Positions 39,746 through 50,532 of a DNA stretch of 64,000 bases are shown here, one piece after another. Where the stretch lies: the NCBI GenBank assembly GCA_913045225.1, contig CAJWPC010000003.1:30705-94704 (forward strand), read 5' to 3'. A model generated the notes under the pieces. The model did no database searches. It saw only the letters and a list, made by a program, of their open reading frames with translations, and was not told the DNA's origin. The DNA comes from an uncultured Rhodobiaceae bacterium (GTDB taxonomy: Bacteria > Pseudomonadota > Alphaproteobacteria > Rhizobiales > TMED25). The translations under genes were made by a program, and so were the position numbers. Position 1 is the first letter of the stretch. Each line of letters opens with the position of its first letter.

Positions 39746-40417
39746 TTACAAGCTTATTTTTTTGAAAGTTAAGTAGACTGGGTTTTGGTCATTCTTGATA
39801 GCTTTCTTTTCGTATTTTGATTGTGTTGATGGGAATGGCTTTTCTGTAAAATCACTACTTCTTTCACATATCCAATCAAACCGATTATCATGCAAAAAAT
39901 CTAGTAATATTGAGTGTATGTATCCTTTATGGTCGCTTGCGATTAAGAGCTTACCATTTTTTTTAAGTACCCTATGAAATTTATCTATATTATTCGGATT
40001 GATTAATCGCCTTTTGTGGTGTCTTCTTTTAGGCCAAGGGTCAGGAAATAATATGTAGATGGATGAGAGATAACAATCTGCCATGGTATCTACAATATTT
40101 ATAGCGTCATCTGTGCTAATCCTTATATTTTTAATTTGCTTCTGATTAACTTCCTTAATTAAGTTTATTGCACCACTTATAAATGGCTCGGCTCCGATAA
40201 ACATTTTATTTTTATTATTTAAAGCTTGCCAGAGTAGATGCTCTCCATACCCAAATCCAATCTCAAATTCGATATTGTTTCCATTGGCGATAATCGACTT
40301 ATCTTCAAGCTTGTACTTCGGAAATAGATTTTTTAAAATATATTGACTATGAGTGTTGAGAGAGCGGCTTTTCTTCCGACCATATAGCTTGGACACGTAT
40401 GGACTATCATTTTTCAT
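39746..40417 (-). CDS. trmB: tRNA (guanine-N7)-methyltransferase
   Basis: EIGFGYGEHLL and FPDPWPKRRHHKRR motifs. Confidence 0.93.
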   Translation of the reverse strand: MKNDSPYVSKLYGRKKSRSLNTHSQYILKNLFPKYKLEDKSIIANGNNIEFEIGFGYGEHLLWQALNNKNKMFIGAEPFISGAINLIKEVNQKQIKNIRISTDDAINIVDTMADCYLSSIYILFPDPWPKRRHHKRRLINPNNIDKFHRVLKKNGKLLIASDHKGYIHSILLDFLHDNRFDWICERSSDFTEKPFPSTQSKYEKKAIKNDQNPVYLTFKKISL

Positions 40418-40419
40418 AA

Positions 40420-41589
40420 CTAAGAAAGTTCTGATAAAAGTTTTTCAGCTAAATCTAATTTTTCCCATGAGAATGAACCATCCTGATTAGGAGATCTACC
40501 AAAGTGACCATAGCAGCTTGTTTTTGCATATATTGGATTTTTTAGTGATAGGTGATCCACTATTCCTTTTGGAGACAAATCAACAATTTTCATTATCGCG
40601 TCAGACAGTTTTTTTGTGTCTATATTAGCACTATTATCCAGTTTTAAATAAAATGACATAGGGTAGGAGAGTCCTATAGCATACGATATTTGAATTTGGC
40701 ATTTCTTAGCTATTTTTGCGTGCACAATATTTTTAGCAATATATCTAGCCATGTAAGCGGCTGATCTATCAACTTTTGAAGGATCTTTTCCTGAGAATGC
40801 ACCACCACCATGAGGGGCGGCTCCGCCGTAGGTATCAACAATGATTTTTCTTCCAGTTAGTCCAGCATCACCATCCGGCCCGCCAATGACAAATCTGCCT
40901 GTTGGATTAATTATTAGATCCTTATTATTTTTTATCCAACCTTCCGGTAAAGTGGATAAAATAACGTCCACTAGCATGTCTCTCACATAGCTATTTTCTG
41001 TGGATTCATTATGTTGGTTCGATACGAGAATTTTATCTGCGCATACAGGGTAATCATTTTCATACAACAGGGTTACCTGACTTTTTGCATCGGGTCCAAG
41101 CTCTGGCAAATTGCCTGCTTTTCTCTCAATAGATATTTTTGATAAAATTTGATTTGCAAAATAAAGGGGTGCGGGCATATAGGTATCAGTCTCATCAGTC
41201 GCATAACCAAACATTATACCTTGATCACCAGCTCCCTGGTTTTTGTTTTCTGTCTCCACGACTCCTTGGGCAATATCTTCAGACTGCCCATGAATTTTAT
41301 CAATGATTTCAATCTTTTCCCAATGAAAATTTTCATCTTCATATCCAATCTCACGAATGCAATTTCTTACAAGATCATCAAGATCGATTTTTTCACGAAA
41401 ATTTATAAGGCTAGTTTCACCTGCCAGCACTACAAGATTAGATGTTACTAATGCTTCAATCCCTGCGCGTGCATTTGGATCAAGATGAATTAAATTGTCC
41501 AAAATTCTATCAGATAATTGATCTGCAATTTTATCAGGATGCCCCTCCGAAACAGATTCACTTGTAAATAGGTACGCGTTCTTTGACAT
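40420..41589 (-). CDS. metK: S-adenosylmethionine synthase
   Basis: YLFTSESVSEGHPDK, GAGDQGIMFGYA and GGGAFSGKD. ATG 41589 gives the canonical N-terminus. ORF-track GTG 41601 would overlap lnt. Confidence 0.97.
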   Translation of the reverse strand: MSKNAYLFTSESVSEGHPDKIADQLSDRILDNLIHLDPNARAGIEALVTSNLVVLAGETSLINFREKIDLDDLVRNCIREIGYEDENFHWEKIEIIDKIHGQSEDIAQGVVETENKNQGAGDQGIMFGYATDETDTYMPAPLYFANQILSKISIERKAGNLPELGPDAKSQVTLLYENDYPVCADKILVSNQHNESTENSYVRDMLVDVILSTLPEGWIKNNKDLIINPTGRFVIGGPDGDAGLTGRKIIVDTYGGAAPHGGGAFSGKDPSKVDRSAAYMARYIAKNIVHAKIAKKCQIQISYAIGLSYPMSFYLKLDNSANIDTKKLSDAIMKIVDLSPKGIVDHLSLKNPIYAKTSCYGHFGRSPNQDGSFSWEKLDLAEKLLSELS

Positions 41590-41597
41590 ATGTGTAC

Positions 41598-43202
41598 TCA
41601 CCGTTCTTTATTTTTTGAAATTAACTTTTTGTTTGAGTAGTATATTAATAAAAAACAGAGCAACAAAATAGAAAATAGAGGAATATATCCGTATTTTGTA
41701 TAAAAAGTTATGTCAGTTTTTTGAGGTAATATTGTCTTGTTATAATATTCTGTATTTAATTTTGATTTAATAATTACTCTGCCAAATGGGTCAATTACGC
41801 CACTAATGCCAGTATTTGCGACTCTTACAACTGGTAAACCTCGTTCAACTGCCCTCAGGATTGACATGCTAAAATGTTGATATGGGCCCGAGCTTCTGCC
41901 AAACCATGCGTCGTTTGTCACATTCAGTATAAAATTTGTTTTTTGATTATAACTATGAAGAAATTCTGAAAATATAATTTCATAACATATAAGCACATGA
42001 GGTATGATCAAGTCATCATCCAAAACTGTCATACCTCCTTGACCATTTGAGAAATTCCCAGATAATTGTTCAAAATTCAGAAACCCTAATTTTGATAGGA
42101 GGTGACTAAATGGCAAATATTCGCCAAAAGGCACTAACTTATTTTTGTCATACTTACCAATTATTTTATTTCTCCAATCAATCATAAATAAGCTGTTATA
42201 AATTGATTGGTTATTTACTGCGCCACCTTCTCGCCGCAGAGAGCCCACTAGGAGGTAGTCTTTTGATGACATATTTTTTGCTAAATCAGAAGTTATTTGT
42301 AAATTTTCATTAATTAAATAGGGTGTGGCCGTTTCAGGCCATATAAAGTATCTCTTGCCCAAGGTTGCTTCTTTATTATTTAACATTTCATTTGTAGCAG
42401 ATATTAGTTTGTTTAAATTGACTTGGGCCAATTCTCTATCCCATTTATCTGTCTGTTTTATGTTTGGCTGGATTATATTAATTTCAATATTACCAGTTTT
42501 GCCTTCTGATAACCCAGGCCTTGATAGTCCAAAGGTTATAATTCCAAGTAATACGAATAAACTTGTAAGCAATGATGTGTATTTTAACTCAGGCGATTTA
42601 TTCAATATCAATATTAAGGGCAAAGAAAATATTATTACTGTAAGCGTTGTTAAAAACAGTTCACCAAAAATAGAAATAATTTGTAGAATAGTATTAATGT
42701 AAATGAGAGAATGGCCAATTTGTGCCCAAGGGAAATCAGTGATGCTTATCCTAAGATATTCGGAAATTGTCCATGCAATTGCAACAATAAATATTCTCGT
42801 TATATTTCTTGGGTAAAAAAAAGCTAATAATAAAGTGGATAAACCATAAAATACAGATAGTGCTAATGGGACAAATAACAAGCTTGGCAGTAATAGAAGA
42901 TAGTAAACTTCAATTTCAATTAACAGCGCAATATTAATCCAATAGAGGCTAAAGAAATAAAAACCATAACCAAAAGACATGCCCAATAAGAAACATTTTA
43001 TGAAAAATATTTTTCTTGAATGAAAATTTTTTTCATCATTAAGAGCATCAAAATTAAATATATAAATTGGTATTGTAAAAAATAGGACCACAAAAAAGTT
43101 TATAGGCTCGAGAGATAACACTGAAAGTGAGCCCATCAAAAAATTGATTAGGCATTTTCTTGGAAAGCTTAGATTATTTGGTTTTATTAAATTAAAATCC
43201 AT
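41598..43202 (-). CDS. lnt: Apolipoprotein N-acyltransferase
   Basis: 534 aa. Multi-TM N-terminal half plus a C-terminal CN-hydrolase domain (WPE, VLICYEIIF catalytic Cys, NDAWFG). Confidence 0.9.
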   Translation of the reverse strand: MDFNLIKPNNLSFPRKCLINFLMGSLSVLSLEPINFFVVLFFTIPIYIFNFDALNDEKNFHSRKIFFIKCFLLGMSFGYGFYFFSLYWINIALLIEIEVYYLLLLPSLLFVPLALSVFYGLSTLLLAFFYPRNITRIFIVAIAWTISEYLRISITDFPWAQIGHSLIYINTILQIISIFGELFLTTLTVIIFSLPLILILNKSPELKYTSLLTSLFVLLGIITFGLSRPGLSEGKTGNIEINIIQPNIKQTDKWDRELAQVNLNKLISATNEMLNNKEATLGKRYFIWPETATPYLINENLQITSDLAKNMSSKDYLLVGSLRREGGAVNNQSIYNSLFMIDWRNKIIGKYDKNKLVPFGEYLPFSHLLSKLGFLNFEQLSGNFSNGQGGMTVLDDDLIIPHVLICYEIIFSEFLHSYNQKTNFILNVTNDAWFGRSSGPYQHFSMSILRAVERGLPVVRVANTGISGVIDPFGRVIIKSKLNTEYYNKTILPQKTDITFYTKYGYIPLFSILLLCFLLIYYSNKKLISKNKER

Positions 43203-43217
43203 TAATTTAAGTATAAA

Positions 43218-43688
43218 TTATTTATGCAATAAATAGGGGTTTTTGTAACCAAGATTACTCATAATATTTATCTCAATTTCTTCCATTTCAATGGCATTTG
43301 TGTCATTCTCATGATCGAAATCTAATAAATGTAGAATACCGTGTATTATAAGATGGCTTAAATGCTCATCGAGATTTTTTCTTTGTTGAACAAGTTCAGC
43401 TGATATATATTCGTACGATAGAACTATGTCACCCAGATGAGGCTTTTCTGATTTAAATGATAAGATGTTTGTAGCTTTGTCTATATTTCTAAATTTTTTA
43501 TTGAGCGCAGCTATGTTTTTATTTGATGTGAGCAATATGCTTAATTCGTCATATTGAGTATTATTAACATAAATTAATGTCTGTTCGGTAGCCTTCTCAA
43601 TGACTGAATATATTTCAGAATGTTTCTCCCACTCATCAAAATCAATAATAATATCAGGCACTAGTTCATTTTTTGAGTATTTTTTCAT
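43218..43688 (-). CDS. ybeY: rRNA maturation endoribonuclease YbeY
   Basis: Metal-binding motif HLIIHGILHLLDFDHE. The start overlaps the phoH 3' end by 23 nt. Confidence 0.92.
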   Translation of the reverse strand: MKKYSKNELVPDIIIDFDEWEKHSEIYSVIEKATEQTLIYVNNTQYDELSILLTSNKNIAALNKKFRNIDKATNILSFKSEKPHLGDIVLSYEYISAELVQQRKNLDEHLSHLIIHGILHLLDFDHENDTNAIEMEEIEINIMSNLGYKNPYLLHK

Positions 43689-44655
43689 ACGCGTTTATTA
43701 TTTTTTTTACTAGTGAGTGTCTTACGACATCATCCGAGCTGAATTTAATTTGTTTTGTTTGACTCATATTCTTTGTAACTTGGATTGCTTCAAGCAAACC
43801 AGATTTCTCGCTAGCTGGTAAATCAATCTGTGTTGGATCTCCAGTAATAACCATCTTGCTATTGATGCCAAGTCGTGTAAGGAACATTTTCATTTGAATT
43901 GAATTGCAATTTTGTGCCTCATCTAAAATTATAAATGCATTTTCGAGCGTTCTACCCCGCATGAATGCGAGGGGGGCAATTTCAATTATGTTATTATCTA
44001 GCCCCTTTTGAACTTTATTTGCTGGAAGGCAGTCATACAATGCATCATATAGTGGACGTAGGTAAGGATCTATTTTTTCTTTTAAGTCTCCAGGTAAAAA
44101 ACCAAGTTTTTCTCCAGCTTCAACAGCTGGTCTTGATAGGATAATTCTATCCACCAATCCAGCCTCCAAAAAATATGCAGCAGCTGCAACAGCAAGGTAT
44201 GTTTTTCCAGTTCCTGCGGGGCCAATACCAAATGTTAAAGGATTGTTATAAATCGAATTTATATATTTATCTTGATTTAATGATCTCGGAAGTATCGTTT
44301 TAATTTTTGTTTTTATAATACTTTTCTCTGACTTTTTTTGGTCAGATTTAATATTTTTAACTCTTATAGAACCCGAAACTTCGTCAATATTATTGTTCAC
44401 ACCCAAATTATCTCTTTCGACCATATCAAGAATAATACTCTCTGCTATATTTAAATTTGATTTGTCACCTGAGATTTGTATTGTATTTCCGTGAGGTATG
44501 ATCTCAACTGACACTTCCTTTTCTATTAATCTTAAATTTTCATCATTTTTACCAAAAATATTAACCAATTTACTTGAGTCATTAATTACAATATTCATAC
44601 AAGAGTTTGATACTCGGTTAACGGTTAGGCTCTGTTTACTCTTAGCTGTTTTCAA
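43666..44655 (-). CDS. phoH: PhoH-like ATPase (YbeZ family)
   Basis: Walker A GPAGTGKTYLAVA and ILDEAQN. ORF-track TTG 44655 is preceded by GGTGAG and overlaps the miaB end. An alternative ATG lies at 44598. Confidence 0.92.
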   Translation of the reverse strand: MKTAKSKQSLTVNRVSNSCMNIVINDSSKLVNIFGKNDENLRLIEKEVSVEIIPHGNTIQISGDKSNLNIAESIILDMVERDNLGVNNNIDEVSGSIRVKNIKSDQKKSEKSIIKTKIKTILPRSLNQDKYINSIYNNPLTFGIGPAGTGKTYLAVAAAAYFLEAGLVDRIILSRPAVEAGEKLGFLPGDLKEKIDPYLRPLYDALYDCLPANKVQKGLDNNIIEIAPLAFMRGRTLENAFIILDEAQNCNSIQMKMFLTRLGINSKMVITGDPTQIDLPASEKSGLLEAIQVTKNMSQTKQIKFSSDDVVRHSLVKKIINAYEKILKK

Positions 44656-45964
44656 TTAACTCACCGCTTAGATTATTAATTTTCACAGAATTTATTTTAA
44701 TATCAGCAAATTCTCCTATTTTATATACTTTTCTAATATCTTCAAAAAAAACTGATTGTAAATGAGGAGTTCTGCCAACCAACTGACATCCCTCTTTCCC
44801 AACCTTTTCAATTAATATTTTCACAATTTTACCAATAAACTGATTATTAAATTGGAATTGTTGCTCTTTCAAAAGACCCTGAAGTCGTTCTAGTCTTTCA
44901 GATTTTGTAGCTTGAGGGATCTGCGCTTCATAGTCAGCAGATGGTGTGCCGGGCCTTGGAGAATAATTAAATGAAAAGGCCTGCGCAAATTCAATGGTTT
45001 TTACAAGAGCCAAGGTGTCTTCAAAGTCCTTATCTGTTTCACCCGGAAATCCCACAATAAAATCTGATGAGATTGCTATTCCTTTTTTTGCCGAGCGAAT
45101 TTTATCAATTATATCTATATACTTTTCAACATTATGCTTTCTGTTCATTGACTTTAATATCTTATTTGACCCCGATTGTATTGGCAGATGCATATAAGGC
45201 ATTAATTTTTCAATATCCCTATGTGCACAAATTAATTCGTCATTAACATCATTAGGATGATTGGTTGTGTATCTTAATCTTTCTATTCCGGATATTTTAG
45301 ATAATTCATAAATTAAGCGAGCCAAGTTTGAAGAACCATTTGTTAAACTCTCTCCGTGGTAGGCATTCACATTTTGGCCCAGTAATGTCAATTCAACAAC
45401 GCCCTGATCAACAAGTGACTTTGCCTCCTCAATTAATTCCGCTGTAGTTCTCGAATACTCTGCGCCTCTTGTGTACGGCACAACGCAAAAAGTACAAAAT
45501 TTATCACAACCCTCTTGTATTGTTAAAAAGGCAGTAGGCTTCTTTTCGAGCCTTTTTCTTCTTGCAAGCAAATTAAACTTATTTTCAATTGGAAAGTCTG
45601 TTTCGATAATCTTCTTCTTTTTATCCAATTTAGATACTAATTCAGGAAGCTTATGGTAAGTTTGTGGACCTATGACCATATCAACATCAGGCATTCTCCG
45701 AATAATCTCACTGTCTTCCGCTTGCGCCACACAACCAGCAACTACAATCTTTTTTGTATTATTTTGTTTTTTTAATCTGCCAATGTCAGAATATAATTTC
45801 TCAGCTGCCTTTTCTCTTATATGACAAGTGTTGAATATGACCAGGTCACTTTCATTAGAGTCTTTTGTTTCAGTGATACCCTTCTTGTCCAGAGCTTCTA
45901 ATATTCTTTCTGAGTCATAAACATTCATCTGGCAACCATATGTTTTGATGTATACCTTTTTCAC
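44642..45964 (-). CDS. miaB: tRNA-2-methylthio-N6-dimethylallyladenosine synthase
   Basis: UPF0004 N-terminal domain YIKTYGCQMN..DSE, radical SAM CDKFCTFCVVP, C-terminal TRAM domain. GTG start with no in-frame ATG nearby. Confidence 0.95.
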   Translation of the reverse strand: MKKVYIKTYGCQMNVYDSERILEALDKKGITETKDSNESDLVIFNTCHIREKAAEKLYSDIGRLKKQNNTKKIVVAGCVAQAEDSEIIRRMPDVDMVIGPQTYHKLPELVSKLDKKKKIIETDFPIENKFNLLARRKRLEKKPTAFLTIQEGCDKFCTFCVVPYTRGAEYSRTTAELIEEAKSLVDQGVVELTLLGQNVNAYHGESLTNGSSNLARLIYELSKISGIERLRYTTNHPNDVNDELICAHRDIEKLMPYMHLPIQSGSNKILKSMNRKHNVEKYIDIIDKIRSAKKGIAISSDFIVGFPGETDKDFEDTLALVKTIEFAQAFSFNYSPRPGTPSADYEAQIPQATKSERLERLQGLLKEQQFQFNNQFIGKIVKILIEKVGKEGCQLVGRTPHLQSVFFEDIRKVYKIGEFADIKINSVKINNLSGELIENS

Positions 45965-45969
45965 AGTTA

Positions 45970-46743
45970 TTACACTCCTCTGTTAAGAGATTGTAGAAAT
46001 CCATCTCTCACAATATCTTCACATTCACTTGCAATATCTTTTCTAGATTTTTTTTCGGATATGTCAATTCTATTATGGAAAGTTACTTCTACCTCAAATG
46101 AGCCCGAACGGATCATATTATATATGTGGTTCAGTAAATTCATATCCCCATACCATGCGATAAGCATGCGCTCAATTCTAGTCATACTCAACCCGTTGTA
46201 TTTAGTGTAAGCAATTGATATTGGTTGGATATTAAATTTACTTACTTCTGAAAGTTCGCACAATATAAATATGGATGATTTAAATGGAAGTACCCTATTC
46301 CCATCACTTGATGTTCCTTCAGGGAATAGAACAACATTTTGATTATTAGTTATTCTATCTTGTATTTCATTTGCTGTTTTAGCAAGCTCCTTATTGTTAT
46401 TTCTATTTATAAATATTGTCCTTTGAAGTTTTGCCAACCAACTTATGAGAGGCCATCTAGATACTTCGCTCTTCGATACAAAGGATGTTTTAATGATGGA
46501 ACTTATTATAAGTATATCTATCCATGAGGCATGGTTTGAGACAATTAGTGATCCATCCCCACCGAAACTTCCTTTCACAACAATTTTTATTGACAGTAAT
46601 TTTAAAATGATACTGTGGTAAATCATTGGGATTATTTTTGAGAGTGGTTTTTGAAATATATGCAGTAATACTTGAACTGGAAGTAACAAAATAGTTATAA
46701 AAATAATGAGAAAAATAATCAAATAGCTCTTAAGAAATGACAT
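45970..46743 (-). CDS. PlsC-family lysophospholipid (1-acyl-sn-glycerol-3-phosphate-like) acyltransferase
   Basis: 257 aa. N-terminal TM, HX4D motif SNHASWID, FPEGTSSDG motif. Confidence 0.85.
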   Translation of the reverse strand: MSFLKSYLIIFLIIFITILLLPVQVLLHIFQKPLSKIIPMIYHSIILKLLSIKIVVKGSFGGDGSLIVSNHASWIDILIISSIIKTSFVSKSEVSRWPLISWLAKLQRTIFINRNNNKELAKTANEIQDRITNNQNVVLFPEGTSSDGNRVLPFKSSIFILCELSEVSKFNIQPISIAYTKYNGLSMTRIERMLIAWYGDMNLLNHIYNMIRSGSFEVEVTFHNRIDISEKKSRKDIASECEDIVRDGFLQSLNRGV

Positions 46744-46759
46744 AATTAATTACTTCTTA

Positions 46760-47173
46760 TTATTTATTTTTTTTTACAGCATAGATTTCAAGACGGTGGT
46801 TTATAATATTATAGCCCAATTTATTAGCAATTTTCTCTTGTAGTTTTTCAATTTCTTCATCCTGAAATTCAATCACCTTTCCTGTATCAATATCAATCAA
46901 ATGGTCATGGTGATCTTTATGAACTGTTTCATAGCGTGATTTTCCATCTTTAAACTCATGCTTTTCTAATATACCGTTATTGCTAAAGAGTTTAAGCGTA
47001 CGATATATTGTAGCAAGTGAAATGCTATTGTTTATCGCATTTGATCTTTTGTATAATTCTTCCGCATCCGGATGGTCATGAGATGATGATAGTACTTGAG
47101 CAATAACTTTACGCTGCTCTGTCATTCTCAAGCCTTTTTGTATGCATTTTTGTTCAATTCTATTTACAACCAT
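46760..47173 (-). CDS. fur: Fur-family ferric/manganese uptake regulator
   Basis: 137 aa. LRMTEQRKVIAQVL, HPDAEELY, ISLATIYRTLKLF, HHDHLIDIDTGKVIEF. Confidence 0.9.
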   Translation of the reverse strand: MVVNRIEQKCIQKGLRMTEQRKVIAQVLSSSHDHPDAEELYKRSNAINNSISLATIYRTLKLFSNNGILEKHEFKDGKSRYETVHKDHHDHLIDIDTGKVIEFQDEEIEKLQEKIANKLGYNIINHRLEIYAVKKNK

Positions 47174-47217
47174 CTTATTTTGGTTATTTCTGTATTTACC
47201 ATCACTCTAATATAACA

Positions 47218-47682
47218 TCAATTTTTGGTGTTGACCATTTGATATAATGCTGCATCAATCATCGTTTCGTTATATTTATAGTATGACTGTCTGGTATTAA
47301 TTTTTTTAAAGCCATTTTTTTCGTAGAGATTAATCGCGTGAATATTATTCACAGCAACCTCTAAGTAAATATTTGTAATACCCATAGCTTTCAGTAAAGA
47401 AAGCGTGTTACGCAACAAAAATGATCCAAAACCTTTTTTTCGACTTTTGATATCAATAACCATCATAATGATATCACAGTCTCTATCAGATATGGTTCCT
47501 GCAACAAAACCCACTGTGCCTTTCTTGTCTTTTAGTATGTATAAAATTGAATTTTTATTTTCTATTAAATTTAAAAAAAATTTTTTATCCCAACATTTAT
47601 GATATCCACCCCTCATTATTTCTACGATATTTTCAATATCATTAGTGCTAGCGGAATTAAAATGCATGCCCACATTATTCAT
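47218..47682 (-). CDS. rimI: GNAT acetyltransferase, ribosomal-protein-alanine N-acetyltransferase type
   Basis: 154 aa. GNAT motif A SRKKGFGSFLL. Conserved tsaB-rimI-fur order. The start overlaps the tsaB stop by 8 nt, with an alternative Met at 47667. Confidence 0.78.
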   Translation of the reverse strand: MNNVGMHFNSASTNDIENIVEIMRGGYHKCWDKKFFLNLIENKNSILYILKDKKGTVGFVAGTISDRDCDIIMMVIDIKSRKKGFGSFLLRNTLSLLKAMGITNIYLEVAVNNIHAINLYEKNGFKKINTRQSYYKYNETMIDAALYQMVNTKN

Positions 47683-48352
47683 AAATATCCCTTTTTTTAT
47701 ACTTCACAAAATTTGGCGTTTTAATATACTTTGCTTCAATATTATTGGAAATGATTGATTTTGACTCACAAATTTTACCTAAATTATTATCTGGGATTTT
47801 ATAATTACTTGTAAGATTTTTAACACTTAAATTGTTTTTAATAAGATAATTCAGGAATTCATTTCCAGTCTCAATTATATTGGACTTAATTTTATCAATT
47901 TTATTTAAAACCTCATCTGCGTGGAGTAGTATTGGATCAAGCTGATCAGGCATATTCTGATTAAATTCTTTGTAGTAAAAATTGTTATTTGTCGAATGCG
48001 TTATAACTATAAAGGCATTAGAAATAGGTGAATATTGATAAGTTTCTGCAATTAGCTCATGCTGTGTTATGCCATATGTATCAATGTTATTCACTAAAGA
48101 TATACTTTTTGCGACTGCCAGACCTGTTCTTATGTTAGTATAGTTTCCCGGTCCAGTGACACAAATCACTTTTTTAATATCTAAATAATTAAAAGTGCTC
48201 TTGCTAATAAGTAACTCAAGAGCTGGGACTATGCTTTCGCTATGTAATTGATTGCAATCAAGATTTATTTTTTCGAAAGTTTTAGGCTTCTCTTCCGATA
48301 TTAATGCAATTATTGAGTTGTTTGAGACAACATCAATTAGCAGGGTAATCAT
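47675..48352 (-). CDS. tsaB: tRNA threonylcarbamoyladenosine biosynthesis protein TsaB (YeaZ)
   Basis: 225 aa. GPGNYTNIRTGLAVAKSIS matches the TsaB GPGSFTGLRIG motif. Confidence 0.82.
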   Translation of the reverse strand: MITLLIDVVSNNSIIALISEEKPKTFEKINLDCNQLHSESIVPALELLISKSTFNYLDIKKVICVTGPGNYTNIRTGLAVAKSISLVNNIDTYGITQHELIAETYQYSPISNAFIVITHSTNNNFYYKEFNQNMPDQLDPILLHADEVLNKIDKIKSNIIETGNEFLNYLIKNNLSVKNLTSNYKIPDNNLGKICESKSIISNNIEAKYIKTPNFVKYKKRDIYE

Positions 48353-48358
48353 AGTAAA

Positions 48359-48910
48359 TTATATAGCTTCAACTTCCATTACTTCAGGGATGTAATGTTT
48401 GAGTAAATTCTCAATACCATTTTTTAAAGTCATGGTGGAACTTGGGCATCCAGCACAAGCACCTTGCAAGTTTAAGTAAACAGTCCCTGATTTAAATCCT
48501 TGAAAAGTGATGTCACCGCCATCGTGTGCCACAGCCGGGCGAACTCTAGTTTGTATGAGATCTTTTATTTTATCAACTGTTTCGCTATCTTTGGGGTCAA
48601 AAAATTCCTCTTGTTTATCTTGACTAACCCCAACGATTAAAGGTTTTTCTGATAGAAAGTGATCCATAATTTCACCAAGTATAATCGGCTTCAGTTGTGG
48701 CCATTCATATGCAGTTTTTGTCACCGTAATAAAATCATCAGAGAAGAAAACACCAGATACTCCGTCAATTGAGAATATCTTTGCCGCAAGAGGGGATTCT
48801 TCAGCCTCTATTGGATTTTTGTACTCCCTAGTTGATCCAGGAAGAACATCACAACCAGGTATAAACTTCAGAGTATTTGGGTTTGGTGTTGATACGGTTT
48901 CGATAAACAT
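48359..48910 (-). CDS. NifU/Nfu-type Fe-S cluster assembly protein (Nfu_N plus NifU C-terminal domain)
   Basis: MFIETVSTPNPNTLKFIPG (Nfu N-terminal domain) and GACAGCPSSTMTLKNGIE (CxxC cluster-binding motif). Confidence 0.9.
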   Translation of the reverse strand: MFIETVSTPNPNTLKFIPGCDVLPGSTREYKNPIEAEESPLAAKIFSIDGVSGVFFSDDFITVTKTAYEWPQLKPIILGEIMDHFLSEKPLIVGVSQDKQEEFFDPKDSETVDKIKDLIQTRVRPAVAHDGGDITFQGFKSGTVYLNLQGACAGCPSSTMTLKNGIENLLKHYIPEVMEVEAI

Positions 48911-48987
48911 TATTAAAATCCTTCCATCTTTAATTTAAATACTAAATATTTACAATTCAAGCCTTATATTTTTGCTGACTTCTTCAC

Positions 48988-49464
48988 CTAATTTGCTGTT
49001 AATTCTAGAATAGCGTCTTTGGTGATTTGTCCAGGTATGATTGTTATTGGGATAGGGAAATTTGACGCTCTTGATCCTGTAAATTGTGACACAAGTGGTC
49101 CAGGGTTTATGCTATCTGTAGCAGCAGCTAATACAAGAAGTGATATGGATCCATCTTCATTTATAAAATCAATAATTTCTGTGGTTGGTTGCCCAAACCT
49201 CACAACTAGTTCTGGAACTAAACCAGTGTCTGCATTCACATTTTCGGAATATGTTTTTAGTATTTCCCTAGCGTTTTCTTCGGCCTCTTGTTTCATAATG
49301 GCTTCAACTCCATAAACATTTTTGAAGTCAGATGTGTTTACCACTCTTAGCAAAGTTATTTTTCCTTTTGTCTGCATAGCCCTTCTAGACGCATAACTGA
49401 TTGCTCTATGACATTCTGAAGTGTCGTCTACAACAACTAAAAATTTTCTTATTTTTTTAGACAT
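48988..49464 (-). CDS. Universal stress protein (UspA) family
   Basis: 158 aa. FLVVVDDT at the N-terminus and a USP-fold pattern with LLVLAA...G.. near the C-terminus. Confidence 0.75.
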   Translation of the reverse strand: MSKKIRKFLVVVDDTSECHRAISYASRRAMQTKGKITLLRVVNTSDFKNVYGVEAIMKQEAEENAREILKTYSENVNADTGLVPELVVRFGQPTTEIIDFINEDGSISLLVLAAATDSINPGPLVSQFTGSRASNFPIPITIIPGQITKDAILELTAN

Positions 49465-49511
49465 CTAATTTAATAAAATATGAATTCAATGCCAATATTA
49501 TAAGCATAAAT

Positions 49512-50531
49512 TTATGCTATACCTATTATTTTTTTTGTCTCTTCTAAAACAGGCTGCGCGATTGCTTTAGCTTTTTCAGCTCCATCTTTGAGTATATTTC
49601 CGAGGTACTCTTTTTCCTTAATTATCTTATTCATTTCATTACCAATCGGACAAATTTTTTGAACTAATAGATCGGTAAGGGCCTCCTTTAGATAGGAGAA
49701 TTGCTTCCCAGAAAACTCGGAAAGTACATCCTCTTTACTTTGGCCACTAATTCCTGCGTATATTGATAATAAATTGATTAATTCATAACGATCCTTAATT
49801 TCTAACATCTTTTCAGGTATGGCCTCAGAGTCTGTTTTGGCTTTTTTTATCTTATTAGAAATTTGATCTGCAGTATCCAACAAATTTATTCTTGTCATAT
49901 CAGATAATTCTGAACTCGACATTTTTTTCTGGCCATCTCTCAATGACATTACTCGAGTTACAGGTCCAGTTATCATCGGCTCTGGTAATACAAAGAACTC
50001 TTCTTTTGCAGTAATTTCAAGAATCCTATCATGAAAATCAATATTAAATTTTTGTGCAATATCTCGGGATAGCTCAATGTGCTGCTTTTGATCCTCCCCT
50101 ACAGGGACATGGGTAGCTTTGTAGGCAAGTATATCGGCCGCCATTAATATCGGGTAAGTGTACAAACCAACAGACATTTTTTCCTTATTTTTCCCTGCCT
50201 TTTCTTTGAATTGAGTCATCCTATTCAACCAGCCAACTCTGGCGACACAATTTAAAAGCCAAGATAGTTCAGCGTGTTCTTGTACACTGCTTTGATTAAA
50301 GATAATACTTTTCTTCGGATCTAGCCCTGAGGCTATGAATCCTGCAGTTATTTCGTGAATATTTCGTTTTAACTTCTCGGGATGTTGCCATACTGTAATT
50401 GAGTGCAAGTCAACAACACAATAAATGCATTGATTTGCATCTTGTAATTCAACAAAATTTATAATTGCACCAAGGTAATTACCTAAATGTAGATTTCCTG
50501 ATGGTTGTATACCTGAAAAAACTCTCATCAC
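49512..50531 (-). CDS. trpS: Tryptophan--tRNA ligase
   Basis: [17 protein letters not shown] (HIGH-type motif) and KMSSS (KMSKS motif). Confidence 0.95.
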   Translation of the reverse strand: MMRVFSGIQPSGNLHLGNYLGAIINFVELQDANQCIYCVVDLHSITVWQHPEKLKRNIHEITAGFIASGLDPKKSIIFNQSSVQEHAELSWLLNCVARVGWLNRMTQFKEKAGKNKEKMSVGLYTYPILMAADILAYKATHVPVGEDQKQHIELSRDIAQKFNIDFHDRILEITAKEEFFVLPEPMITGPVTRVMSLRDGQKKMSSSELSDMTRINLLDTADQISNKIKKAKTDSEAIPEKMLEIKDRYELINLLSIYAGISGQSKEDVLSEFSGKQFSYLKEALTDLLVQKICPIGNEMNKIIKEKEYLGNILKDGAEKAKAIAQPVLEETKKIIGIA

Positions 50532-50532
50532 T

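Noticed and set aside
40420-41601. A SAM riboswitch upstream of metK.
   Set aside because: metK starts 8 nt after (or overlapping) the lnt stop, so there is no leader in which a riboswitch could reside.
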